Shown here piece by piece: positions 1 through 11,270 of a DNA stretch of 64,000 nt. The notes beneath the pieces are model-generated. The model ran no database searches, was not told the DNA's origin, and was given only the letters and a program-made list of their open reading frames with translations. The translations under genes and the position numbers were made by a program. The first letter of the stretch is position 1; every line of letters begins with the position of its first letter. Source of the DNA: Isurus oxyrinchus (Eukaryota); contig JANJGN010000071.1 in assembly GCA_026770705.1 (NCBI GenBank), positions 1,488,001 through 1,552,000 of the forward strand, written 5' to 3'.

Positions 1-426
1 AGCACATACATAATGACAATGACTGCTATCATAACTCCTAAAATTCCTAATTAACATGACTCCCAGTTACACTCCCTTTAAGGCAACAGACCAAAAATAG
101 ATGTTAGATTTAAAACAAAATCAGCAAGTTAACCCAATGCCCCGGACAGTGGAATTCCAAATGCATTTTCCCCAACTTCAGTTCTGTTGGAGAGCAGACT
201 TCTGCACAAACAGGGTCCTGAGGACCATGAACCAATGTAGAATGAACTTTTCCACTTTTGTGTCCAGGATTCTCTTCCATCCGGTGTGATACCTTGTGGA
301 GTTCATTGTGTGTCCTGTAGATGGTCCACACTGCAGCCACTGTGCCCCAGTGATGGAGGGGGTGGATATCGAGTCTAGTGGATCAACAAAACATCCAGAG
401 TTAAATATTGATATTTCTCTCCCCAG

Positions 427-804
427 TTGGATTGTCACAAGAGTGGAAAGGTGACACTCCACGAGAGGTGACAGCACAGGAAGGTTCGTGTGTACAGATT
501 CCATGTCATTACAGTTATCCATCAGATTTGATAAAGAAACCACAGGTCGGATTCTGGAAAATGAGAAGATACATACGGAACAAATGGTCTAAATGGTCTA
601 TAGCCTTTCACTCCAAGGATCACAGTCGCGAGTTACAACGGTTCCGCCATCGGACCCGGCTGTCTGGAGACCTGAAAGATGGCGACTGTTCCCTGATTAT
701 AAACAACATCAGACGGGAAGATGCAGGACATTATTTTTTCATGATAAAATTTGGCAATCGTCCGAGCCGTAACGTTTCCCCTGAAACCCAGCTTCACGTT
801 TCTG
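427..804 (+). CDS. Siglec/CD22/MAG-like receptor gene A, N-terminal V-set Ig exon (intact frame; essential Arg replaced by Met)
   Basis: Acceptor ttctctccccAG ends at 426 and donor GTAAGT starts at 805; phase 1/1, 126 codons. Siglec-type V motifs: W..., GSCVQIPC, GFW, RTRLSGDLKDGDCSLIINNIRREDAGHYFF. Codon 741-743 is ATG where the paralogues have AGA. Confidence 0.9.
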
Positions 805-1029
805 GTAAGTGCTGTGTTATAATTACTCAACAATTCACATCCAACACTCAATGGGAAATAATAGTGTTTGATTTGCTTGTTTTTTGGCCGTGTTAACCAG
901 CGTCACTATTTTTAATGATTTGTCTATTTCTGCTCCCAGATCCATGAGCTTATTGTGTGTGATTGAATCCACATCATAGCTGTAATGTAAACCGAGCTGA
1001 GGGGTGATGACACCTCCCCCCTGAGTGAA

Positions 1030-2030
1030 GTATCTCCTCCCCACTACACCTTCCACCCCTCACACTGTCCGTGTAAACCCCCGTCCCATCTCCACCCTTT
1101 CTTTCACCTCCAAAGTCCTTGAACGTGTTTCCATCTCCCGAATCCGTTCCCATCTTTCCCGGAACTCCATGTTTGAATCCCTCCAATCAGGTTCCCACCC
1201 CAGCCACTGTGCTGAAACAGCTCTTATCAAGGTCACAAATGGCATCCTGTGTGACTGTGACAAAGGTCAACTTTCCCTCCTCGTCCTTCTCGATCTGTCT
1301 GCAGCCTTTGACACGCTCGACCACACCATCCTCCTCCAACACCTGTCCACTGTCGTCCAGCTGGGTGGGACTGCTCTCCCCTGGCTCCATTCTTATCCAT
1401 CTCATCGTAGCCAGAGAATCACTTGCAATGGCTTTGCAGCATCATCTGAACAGTGTTAGTTTTCACCTGTCCACTGAGGATCCCCAGCTCTACCTCACCA
1501 CCACCTCTCTCGACTCCTCCACTGCTGCTAAATTATCAGGCTGCTTATCCGACATCCAGTACTGGATGGGCAGAAATTCCCTCCAATTAAATATTGGAAA
1601 GACTGAAGCCATTGCCTTCATTCCCCGCTCCAAACTCTGTTCCCTCGCTACCAACTCCATTCCTCTCCCTGGCAGCTCTCTGAGATTGAAGCCAATCTGT
1701 TCACAGCTTTGTTGTCCCATTTGATCCTGAGATGAGCTTCCGGCCTCATATCTGCGCCCTCACTAACACCGTCTATTTCCACCTCCATAACGTCGTACAA
1801 CTTCACCCTGTCTCAGCTCATCTGCTGCTGAAACCCTCATCCACGCCTTCATTACCTCCAGACTCAACTGTTCCAACAAACGCTCTACACTCCATAAACT
1901 TGAGGCCATCCAAAACTGCTGACCACGTCCTTACTCACACCAAGTCCCGTTCCCTTATCTCCCGCTCTGCTCAATGACCGAGACTGGCTCCTGGTCAAGC
2001 AAAGTCTCAATGTCACAATTTTTGAATATT
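1030..2030 (+). mobile_element. L2/CR1-clade LINE reverse transcriptase fragment, degenerate
   Basis: ORF 1025..1459 has RT motifs (RPISTL..SKVLER, ETALIKV, LLDLSAAFDTLDH); downstream are DPQLY and LQLNIGKTE motifs with frameshifts. Confidence 0.85.
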
Positions 2031-2084
2031 TTTCCTCCCTATTACAGTAATCTCCTCCTTTATCTTCATCCACGGCAACATTCC

Positions 2085-2960
2085 CTATCTCAGGAGCCTC
2101 CTCCAGTCCCTACAACCCTCTCTATCTCAGGAGCCTCCTCCAGTCCCTACAACCCTCCTATCTCAGTACCCTCTTCCAATCCCGAAAACCATTCCTATCA
2201 CTGCAAACTCCTCCGGACCCAACACCCCTCCCTATCTCTTTAACCTCCTCAAGCCCCGATAACCCTTGCAATATTTGTAGCGTCCTCCAATCCTAACAAC
2301 CTCCCCTATCTCTGCAACCTCCTCCAGACCGAATACCTCTCCCTATCTCTGTAAGCTGCTCCATCTCTTACAACCCTTCATATTTCTGTAACCTCCTCCA
2401 GCCCACTACAACCCTCCCTATCTCTGTAACCTCCTCCAGTCCCTAAGAGTTTCCTTTATCTCTGTAACCTCCTCCAGCCATTATAACCCTCCCTATCTCT
2501 GTATCCTCCCTCAGCCCCAGCCACACTCCATATCTATGTAACCTCGTCCTGCCCCTACAACCCTCCCTATCTCTGTAACCCCATCCTGCCCCAAAAACTC
2601 CCCCTTCTCTGTAAACTCCTCCAGTCCCTGCAACCTTCCCTACCTCTGGAACCTCCACCAGCCTTTCCAACCCTCCCTACCTCTGCAATCCGTCCAGCCC
2701 CTACAACTCTTCCTATCCCTGTAAACTCCTCCTGCCCCTAAAACCGTCTCTGCCCTTGCAGCCTCCTCCAGTCCCTACACGCTCCCCATCTCCATAAACT
2801 CCTCAAATCCCTACAGCCCTCCCTATCTCTGCAACCTCCTCCAGGTCCTACCACCCTCCCTCTCTGCGTAACCTCCTCCAGTATCTACAGCCTTCCCTAT
2901 CTCTGTTACCTCCTCCAGCCCCCACAAACCTCCCTATCTGTGTAACCTCCTCCAGCCCCT
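2085..2960. repeat. About 37-bp minisatellite (ctctgtaacctcctccagcccctacaaccctccctat)n
   Basis: Tandem degenerate copies directly visible, following the L2 fragment. Confidence 0.9.
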
Positions 2961-3039
2961 GATGGAAGGTGGGTCGAGCGGGTCAGTCACTTGCATGTTT
3001 ATTCTGCAGCTTTAATATTTTAAGAAGGTAAGAATGTAG

Positions 3040-3860
3040 GAACATAAGAAATAGGGACAGGAGCAGGCCATTCGGCCCCTCGAGCCTGCTCTCACTGATC
3101 TGGTTGTTGCCTTAACTCCATTTTCCTGCCTGTCCCCCAAACCCTTGACTCCCTTGTCGATCAAAAACCTGCCTCACTCAGCCTTGAGTCTATTCAATGG
3201 CCCAGCCTCCACTGCTCTCTGGGGAAGAGAATTCCACAGGCTAGCGCCCCTCTGAGAGAGGAAATTCCTCCTCATCTCAGTCTTAAATGGGAGAGCCCTC
3301 ATTCCGAAACTGTGCTCCCTGGTTCTAGATTCCCCCACGAGGGGGAAACATCCTCCCAGCATCCACCCTGTCAAGCCCCCTCGGAATCGGATATGTTTCA
3401 ATAAGGTCACCCCTCATTCTTCTAAACTCCAATGGATACAGGCCCAACCTGCTCAACATTTGCTCACAGGACAAAGCCTTTAATCCCGGGAATCAGCCCA
3501 GTGAACCTCCTCTGAACTGCCTCCAATGCAGAGTCTATCCCTCCCTAAGTAAGGAGACCAGAACTGTACACACTGCTCCTGATACAATCTCCCCTTGTGC
3601 AGCTGTTGCAAGACTTCCCTCCTTTTATACTCCATCCCTTTGCAATAAAGGCCAACATTCCACTTGCCTTCCTCATTCCGTGGTGTTCCTGAATGCTGAC
3701 TTTCTGTAATTCATGTACAAGGACACCCAGATCCCTCTGTACTGCATTCTGCATCCTGTCTCCATTTAAATAATATCCTGTTTTTCTATTCTTCCTGCCA
3801 AAATAATTTGTTGCCATTTTCCTCAGTATTGACCATCCCCCCAATTCAGCCTCATCTGTA
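3040..3860 (-). mobile_element. CR1-like LINE 3' fragment
   Basis: Minus-strand ORFs with CR1 C-terminal motifs (QRDLGVLVH, RRNFLSQR..LWNSLP) and the typical 3' tail. Confidence 0.85.
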
Positions 3861-3921
3861 AAGTTGAGTCTAGTGGATCCACAAACCATCCAGAGTTAAA
3901 TATTGAGATTTGTCTCCCCAG

Positions 3922-4290
3922 CTGAACCCTCACAAGAGTGGAAAGGTGACACTCCACGAGAGGTGACAGTGCAGGAAGGTTCGTGTGTACAGATTCCATG
4001 TCATTACAGTTATCCATCGTGTCTGGAAAACCAACCGCGAGGTGGAGTCTGGTTTAATAATGAGAAACAGATTCCCTAGGATCCCATTGCCTTTCACTCC
4101 AAGGATCACAGTCACGAGTTACCACGGTTCCACCATCGGACCCGGCTGTCTGGAGACCTGAAAGATGGCGACTGTTCCCTGATTATAAACAACATCACAC
4201 GGGAAGATGAAGGACCTTATTTTTTCAGAATAGAATTTGACAATGGTCCGAGCCATAACTATTACCCTGTAACCCAGCTTCACGTTTCTG
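3922..4290 (+). pseudogene. Second Siglec-like V-set exon with in-frame stop
   Basis: AG at 3920-3921 and GTAAGT at 4291. Translates AEPSQEWKGDTPREVTVQEGSCVQIPC...NNEKQIP*DPIAF...EDEGPYFFRIEF. TAG at 4077-4079 is in frame; the Arg codon AGA (4227-4229) is retained. Confidence 0.9.
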
Positions 4291-5213
4291 GTAAGTGCTG
4301 TGTTATAATTACTCAACAATTCACATCCAACACTCAATGGGAAATAACACAAACTGTGACGTTTACATATTAACACAAAAGACAGTTTATTATAACACAC
4401 TGTCTGATTCTCAATAACCTGGTGATAGCTTCCAGTTCAGTCCTAAAACAACCTCTAATACTCACTTTAATATCAATGATTAAATGTATTGACTGTGTCC
4501 ATCAATGTTATCAGGTTATCCACTCCCATCGATCTCCCTAACCCTGTCTCGAAGTCTGACATATCGACAGAAGAAAGATTCACATTTCTATTGCACCTTT
4601 CACCATCTCAGCACGGACCAAATCACTTCACAGCCAATGAGCTGATTCCTGAATTGTAGTTACTGTTGTAATGTGAGAAACACAGCAGCCAATTTGCACA
4701 CAGCAAGCTCCCACAAATTGCAAAGTAATAAATGGCCCAGATCGCTGAGTGAATGATGGGGTAGTGCACTCCAAACTCTGGTCTGCTCCACCACCCTCAC
4801 CCACTATTATCAGTTCAAGTTTTTTGGAGTGAACATGTATTAAGCTGAGAGACAGAAACACCAAAGTAACATGTACGGACATCCTGCATTAGCCATTATA
4901 GTCCACATGTTACACAGCAAAACCCCATAAACTACAGTTTGTTTAACAACAGATCATCTGCTTTTATTGATAAAAATTCACCTCTGACATTGCAGAGCAA
5001 CTTCCTGCTGACCCCCCGACNNNNNNNNNNNNNNNNNNNNNNNNNNNNNNNNNNNNNNNNNNNNNNNNNNNNNNNNNNNNNNNNNNNNNNNNNNNNNNNN
5101 NNNNNNNNNNNNNNNNNNNNNNNNNNNNNNNNNNNNNNNNNNNNNNNNNNNNNNNNNNNNNNNNNNNNNNNNNNNNNNNNNNNNNNNNNNNNNNNNNNNN
5201 NNNNNNNNNNNNN

Positions 5214-5430
5214 GGATGCTGGAAATGTAAAACAAAAACAGAATTACCTGGAAAAACTCAGCAGGTCTGGCAGCATCGGCGGAGAAGAAAAGAGTTGACG
5301 TTTCGAGTCCTCATGACCCTTCGACAGAACTTCTGTCGAAGGGTCATGAGGACTCGAAACGTCAACTCTTTTCTTCTCCGCCGATGCTGCCAGACCTGCT
5401 GAGTTTTTCCAGGTAATTCTGTTTTTGTTT
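5214..5430. mobile_element. Penelope-like element terminal repeat forming a perfect 100-bp palindrome, with a minimal hammerhead-like motif
   Basis: 5230-5329 is the exact reverse complement of 5331-5430. CTGTCGA-AGGGTC-atgag-GACTC-GAAACGTC at 5333-5363 resembles the minimal type I hammerheads of Penelope-like elements. Confidence 0.65.
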
Positions 5431-6765
5431 CACACACACACACACACACACAAACACACTGACCCACACACATACACAGANNNNNNNNNNNNNNNNNNNN
5501 NNNNNNNNNNNNNNNNNNNNNNNNNNNNNNNNNNNNNNNNNNNNNNNNNNNNNNNNNNNNNNNNNNNNNNNNNNNNNNNNNNNNNNNNNNNNNNNNNNNN
5601 NNNNNNNNNNNNNNNNNNNNNNNNNNNNNNNNNNNNNNNNNNNNNNNNNNNNNNNNNNNNNNNNNNNNNNNNNNNNNNNNNNNNNNNNNNNNNNNNNNNN
5701 NNNNNNNNNNNNNNNNNNNNNNNNNNNNNNNNNNNNNNNNNNNNNNNNNNNNNNNNNNNNNNNNNNNNNNNNNNNNNNNNNNNNNNNNNNNNNNNNNNNN
5801 NNNNNNNNNNNNNNNNNNNNNNNNNNNNNNNNNNNNNNNNNNNNNNNNNNNNNNNNNNNNNNNNNNNNNNNNNNNNNNNNNNNNNNNNNNNNNNNNNNNN
5901 NNNNNNNNNNNNNNNNNNNNNNNNNNNNNNNNNNNNNNNNNNNNNNNNNNNNNNNNNNNNNNNNNNNNNNNNNNNNNNNNNNNNNNNNNNNNNNNNNNNN
6001 NNNNNNNNNNNNNNNNNNNNNNNNNNNNNNNNNNNNNNNNNNNNNNNNNNNNNNNNNNNNNNNNNNNNNNNNNNNNNNNNNNNNNNNNNNNNNNNNNNNN
6101 NNNNNNNNNNNNNNNNNNNNNNNNNNNNNNNNNNNNNNNNNNNNNNNNNNNNNNNNNNNNNNNNNNNNNNNNNNNNNNNNNNNNNNNNNNNNNNNNNNNN
6201 NNNNNNNNNNNNNNNNNNNNNNNNNNNNNNNNNNNNNNNNNNNNNNNNNNNNNNNNNNNNNNNNNNNNNNNNNNNNNNNNNNNNNNNNNNNNNNNNNNNN
6301 NNNNNNNNNNNNNNNNNNNNNNNNNNNNNNNNNNNNNNNNNNNNNNNNNNNNNNNNNNNNNNNNNNNNNNNNNNNNNNCACACACACCGACACATGGACA
6401 CAAACACAGACGCGCACACGCACACACACACACACACACAGAGGCACACACACACATACACACTNNNNNNNNNNNNNNNNNNNNNNNNNNNNNNNNNNNN
6501 NNNNNNNNNNNNNNNNNNNNNNNNNNNNNNNNNNNNNNNNNNNNNNNNNNNNNNNNNNNNNNNNNNNNNNNNNNNNNNNNNNNNNNNNNNNNNNNNNNNN
6601 NNNNNNNNNNNNNNNNNNNNNNNNNNNNNNNNNNNNNNNNNNNNNNNNACGTACACAGACGCACACACACACCTAGACACAGAGACACACACACACATAC
6701 AGACACACACACAGGCATACACACACAAACAGACAGAGACGCACACACACATACACACATACATT
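5431..6765. repeat. (CA)n-rich microsatellite with assembly gaps (N 5481-6378, 6465-6648)
   Basis: Directly visible. Confidence 0.95.
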
Positions 6766-6889
6766 TCCTGATATCTCAGTTCCACACTGGATCACTCTGG
6801 ATCACTGGCCTGGTTTTTGGGCTGTGTTGAAATATTCTGTTTAGATGCTCCTTTAAACCGATCTCTTTGACAAAGATTTTGGTGAAACA

Positions 6890-7775
6890 AACATACGAAC
6901 ACAGGAATGAGGGGCAGGAGGAGGCCACTTAGCCCCTCGAGCCTGTTCCGCCTTTCCATAAGGTCATGGATGACCTGATTGTAACCTCCACCCCACATTC
7001 CCTGCTCACCCCTGATGACCTTTCACCCCTTTGTGAATCAAGAACCTATCGAGCTGCGCCTTAAAAATATTCAAAGACTCTGTTTCCTGCCTTTTCAGGA
7101 AGAGTTCCAAAGCCTCACGACCCTCTGAGAGGAAATATTTTCTCCTCATCTCTGTCATAAATGATCAAACCCTTATTTTTAATCAGTGACGCCTAGTTCT
7201 AGCTTCTTCCACAAGAGGAAACATCCTCCCGACATCCACCCTGTCAAGGCCCCTCAGGATCTTAAATCTCTCAATCAGGTCTCCCCTTCCTCTTCTAAAT
7301 TCCAGTGGATACAAGTCTAACTTGTCCAGCCCGTCCTCATAAGACAACCCGCCCATTCCTGGTGTTGGTCCAATAAACCTTCTCTGAACTGCTCCTGATG
7401 CATTTACACCTTTCCCTAAATAAGGAGGCCAATACTGAACACAAAGCTCCAGATGTGGTCTCCCCAGCCCCCTGTATAACTGAAGTGTAACCTCCCTACG
7501 TTTGGATTCAATGCCCCTCACAGTAAATCATAACATTCTATTCGCTTTCCGAATTACCTGCTGTTCCTGCACACTAACCTTTTGTGATTCATGCACTAGG
7601 ACACCCAGATCCCTCTGAATCTCAGAGCTCTGCAATCTCTCACCATTGAGATAATAAGCTACTTTTTTATTCTCCCTGTCAAAATGGACAATTTCACATT
7701 TCCCAACATTGTGCAATATTTGCCCATTCACTTAACCTCTCTCTGTCAATTTGTAGCCTCCTTACACCCTCTTCA
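6890..7775 (-). mobile_element. CR1-like LINE 3' fragment
   Basis: Minus-strand ORFs 7183..7521 and 7528..7731 (QRDLGVLVHESQK, RPHLELCVQYW, RGDLIE). Confidence 0.88.
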
Positions 7776-8440
7776 CAAGGTCATCTGTCCCTGACATCAC
7801 CTCATGTGACTCAGGGTCTTGACAGGTTTTAGTCAACAGTGAACAGGCAGAAATTGGAGTTTGATTAATATTCATATATTTCATTGATAAAATTATCAAT
7901 AAATGATACATTGAAAAGGGTGACCTGTATCTATTGAATGACCAGATCATCACGAAACACTTTACAGTCAACGATATATGTTTGAAGGAATGTCATGTTG
8001 TAAGGTAGGAAAAACGGCACCAACCTGTGCACAGCAAGATCCCACAAAGCAAGGTGACAGTGATCTGATAATGTATTATTTTAATGAGGTTGTTTGATAC
8101 GTATATAGAGATCACATGTATAGGGTGGGTCACTAATGTCCCTTTAGTGAGGAAAACCTGTCCATTTTAACAGGTCTGGGAGTGTATGTGACTCCAGTCT
8201 GTAACACCAACATGGTTAACTCTTACCTGCCCTCTTAACTGGTCTCCCAGTTTGGGACAAACCAGTGGTTCAGGAGGAAGACTCCCCACCACCTTCTCAA
8301 GGGGAAACTAGGGATGGACAATAAATGTCAGCATTGCCCGAGAATGAGTATTTAAACACTGAGTGAGTGTATCGCTTCTCGAGATACATCGGAGCATCAT
8401 TGTAAACCTGTAGTGCAGTAATTAATGGCTGTTTTTACAG

Positions 8441-8537
8441 GTAGAGACTCCAGTAAATGGACAGTAGGATTGCTCACGGCTGGGATCATGTTGAGTGTTT
8501 TCCTGGCTGGAATCTTCATCTTCATCTGTGTGAGAAA
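8441..8537 (+). CDS. Gene A transmembrane exon (uncharged TM): xRDSSKWTVGLLTAGIMLSVFLAGIFIFICVRK
   Basis: Acceptor gtttttacAG ends at 8440 and donor GTAAGT starts at 8538; phase 1 in, phase 2 out. About 23 hydrophobic residues followed by a basic stop-transfer. Confidence 0.85.
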
Positions 8538-8924
8538 GTAAGTCTGAAGATTTAACTTGATTTTAATTTAAATATTTACTTCAAAGTTCTTTCCTTAAGT
8601 CGGTGATTGTTTCCCTTGGGATCAGCACCAGGTCCCTCTCTGTAAGTGATCCCTGTGTCCACTCTGATCCGGAGAGAACCTTTCATTGTCCTGTATCCAG
8701 GTAAACGATCAGGAGAACCAGAGATTCCTCACTCTGCACGATTACTCCTGGATTGTATCAGGTCACCTTGTGATTCCACACAACCGGAGTGGTGGTTATA
8801 ACCATCAGGAATGATTGAACAGTCTGGGTATTGGGACTATTTCGACAGTTTTTTCAAAGGGCCAGCACAGGCACAATGGGCTGAGTGGCTTCCTCCTGAG
8901 CTGTGAGATTTTTAATTCTTACAT

Positions 8925-9375
8925 CGAATGTGGCTGTCACTGGTGAGGCCGCTATTAATTGCCCATCTCTAATTGCCCTTGAGAAGGAGGTAGTGAGCTG
9001 CCTTCTTGACCCGCTGCAGTCCATGTGGTGTAGGTACACCCACAGTGCTGTTCGAGAGGGAGTTCCAGGATGTTAACCCAGCGACAGTGAAGGAACGGTG
9101 ATATATTTCCAAGTCAGGATGGTGAGTGACTTGGAGGGGAACTTCCAGGTGGTGGTGTTCCCATGTGTCTGCTGCCCTTGTCCTTCTAGATGGTAGAGGT
9201 CGTGGGTTTGGAAGGTGCTGTTGAAGGATCCTTGCTGAGTTGCTGCAGTGCATCTTGTAGATGGTACACACACTGCTGCCACTGTGTGTTCATGGTGGAG
9301 GGAGTGAATGTTTAATGTGTTGGATGGGTGAGGATCAATCGAGCTGCTTTGTCCTGGATGGTGTCGAGCTTCTTA
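8925..9375 (-). mobile_element. LINE 3' end (CR1/L2-clade, shark-type); duplicate copy at about 11845-12290
   Basis: Reverse complement of the tail seen on + at about 18600-19030 (LLQQHLPNPRPLPSRRTRAA...). Confidence 0.8.
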
Positions 9376-9508
9376 ATTCTGTGCTTTGTGCAGAAGTGAT
9401 TTAAAGAGACAGTCCAGTCGTTGGTGTAAGGTTTTAGTGGGCTCTGTATCTGTGGTGCACTGACTCTCTGCTATATGATAACCACAGTGTGATATTGTGT
9501 TATTGCAG

Positions 9509-9590
9509 GAGAAAGACAGCGATGGAGGAGAGAGTTTCAGGGACCAGTGACATTGCATTGAGCCCCAGTCCACTCTCTGTGAATCACCAG
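9509..9590 (+). CDS. Gene A cytoplasmic exon, copy 1 (RKTAMEERVSGTSDIALSPSPLSVNHQ)
   Basis: ttattgcAG acceptor and CAG|GTACAG donor; 82 nt, phase 2 in, phase 0 out. Exactly joins the TM exon to the terminal exon in frame. Confidence 0.8.
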
Positions 9591-9725
9591 GTACAGGAGC
9601 TGTTTACACTCACTCCAAAGCTTCAATCTCAGTGTGTAGACAACATATGTCCTAGATTCCCTGCCCAGTTACCCACTGATTTGTACCTGTGGAGTCAGCA
9701 ATGGTTCAGTATCATGCTGTCTCTC

Positions 9726-10459
9726 TGTTATGACACAGCAACTGGTAAAGGCTGTTGTTTAAAATCCCAGAAGGAAACTTTAAACAACTGTCATAACCTA
9801 TATTTCCCAGTGGAATGTTTGAGATGCAGCTTTAAATTCAGGAATAAGACCACCAGTTCTCGAGATGGGTTTATATCAAACTACATAAGCCATTTATTAA
9901 TTAACACAAGTTAAACATTTGCACATGGCTACAAGCTAGTATTATCATGGCTTTTTAACAAATTCCCAAACTAATCTCCTCTAACACAACCCATAGACTT
10001 TAGGCAGATTCCAAGCAAAGCATTTTCACCTCACAAATTCCAAATGAGGTTCCTTTCACTTTGGTTCCTTTGCAGACAGGTGTAGGCTTACAGCTGCTTT
10101 GATGTTACAAGCCTCTGCTCTGCACACACAAAACTGCTCAAGTTATACCCAGCACTTTTCTTTGAATGTAAATTCTCATTGTATCATCAGGACCTTTGAT
10201 CTCCATCTCTTCTAACTATAAATCCCCTTTCATTGTCTCAATTTTATTAGTAATATAAATGTTGATTGTTTTAAGATTTCGATCTCAGGCACTGAATGCG
10301 CTGTTTAAAAATGCAAATTACCTCTTTGCCTCCCTGTTTACATCTCAAAACTACTATACATCAAAGTACCCAGACTGGCTGGCTTTAATCTAATTTATAC
10401 ACACACAGACACACCCACAGAATAAACCTCTATTTTAATAAAAATAATTTCCAATAACA
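9726..10459. mobile_element. Solo-LTR-like element (duplicate at about 12646-13377)
   Basis: Bounded by TGTTAT...ATAACA terminal inverted repeats, about 730 bp, non-coding; no clear target-site duplication. Confidence 0.5.
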
Positions 10460-10629
10460 TGATATTCATTAATCGCATCATGTCAGTCTCTCTCTCTATC
10501 CCTACCTCTCTTTCTTTCTCTCTCTCTCTCTCTCTCATTCTCTCTCTGATTACAAGGTTCATGTTAATGAGCCTCAGATCAGACACTTGAGTGCAGAATC
10601 CAAACCAGCTCTCGCCAGAGCCATTACCG

Positions 10630-10880
10630 AGGGATTGCTGCACTGTCAGAGGGTCAGTACTGAGGGAGTGCTGCATTGTCGGACGGTCAGTACTGAGGAA
10701 GTGCTGCACTGTCGGAGGATCAGTGCAGAGGGAGTGCTGCACTGTTGGTGGGTCAGTACTGAGGGAGTGCTGCACTGTCGGAGGGTCAGTACTGAGGGAG
10801 TGCTGCACTGTCAGAGGGTCAGGACTGAGGGAGCGCTGCATTGTCGGATGGTCAGAACTGAGGGAGTGCTGCACTGTCAC
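10630..10880. repeat. 30-bp DeuSINE-derived minisatellite (cagtactgagggagtgctgcactgtcggagggt-type); also at 13545-13812, 16260-16350, 23680-23960, 26035-26135
   Basis: Tandem copies directly visible; they generate the VQHSLSTDPPT pseudo-ORFs. Confidence 0.9.
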
Positions 10881-11021
10881 ATGTGGTTTCTATCATATGA
10901 CATGAGAGAGAGCGTTAAACCTACTGAGACACGACCGACACTAGCGAGGCTGCACAATAATTTAACCCTATCAGTGCCAGTAAATAATGTGAGGATGTCT
11001 TCTGTTTCCATTTCTCTGTAG

Positions 11022-11270
11022 GGTAAACAGAACGTGCTGATTACTGAGCCCCGGAACACAACCAGAAACACAACTAGTGAGGGGGAGACCCCAGCTCCCC
11101 GGGGTCTCTCTGAAGGTCCAGTGGGAGGCGATGCTGGACATGGAATCCCTGACAATCCCGACGAGCTTCTCTACGCCAATCCCCAAGTCTTCAGGGTGCG
11201 CAGTGGTGATGGGTCTGTCCACAGGGAAGAGCAGACGGAATACGCACAGATCAGGTTCGAGCATAACTGA
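11022..11270 (+). CDS. Gene A terminal cytoplasmic exon, copy 1: degenerate ITIM (LLYANP) plus ITSM (TEYAQI)
   Basis: Acceptor tttctctgtAG ends at 11021; phase 0, open to TGA at 11268-11270. AATAAA at 11804-11809. Confidence 0.85.
   Translation, partial: GKQNVLITEPRNTTRNTTSEGETPAPRGLSEGPVGGDAGHGIPDNPDELLYANPQVFRVRSGDGSVHREEQTEYAQIRFEHN

Noticed and set aside
5258-6785. 430-500 aa ORFs
   Set aside because: Made of N-gaps and CA microsatellite.
7780-7825. SVPDITSCDSGS* resembling the E-F strand of an Ig C2 exon
   Set aside because: Too short, immediately stopped, no YxC and no splice sites; cannot be supported.
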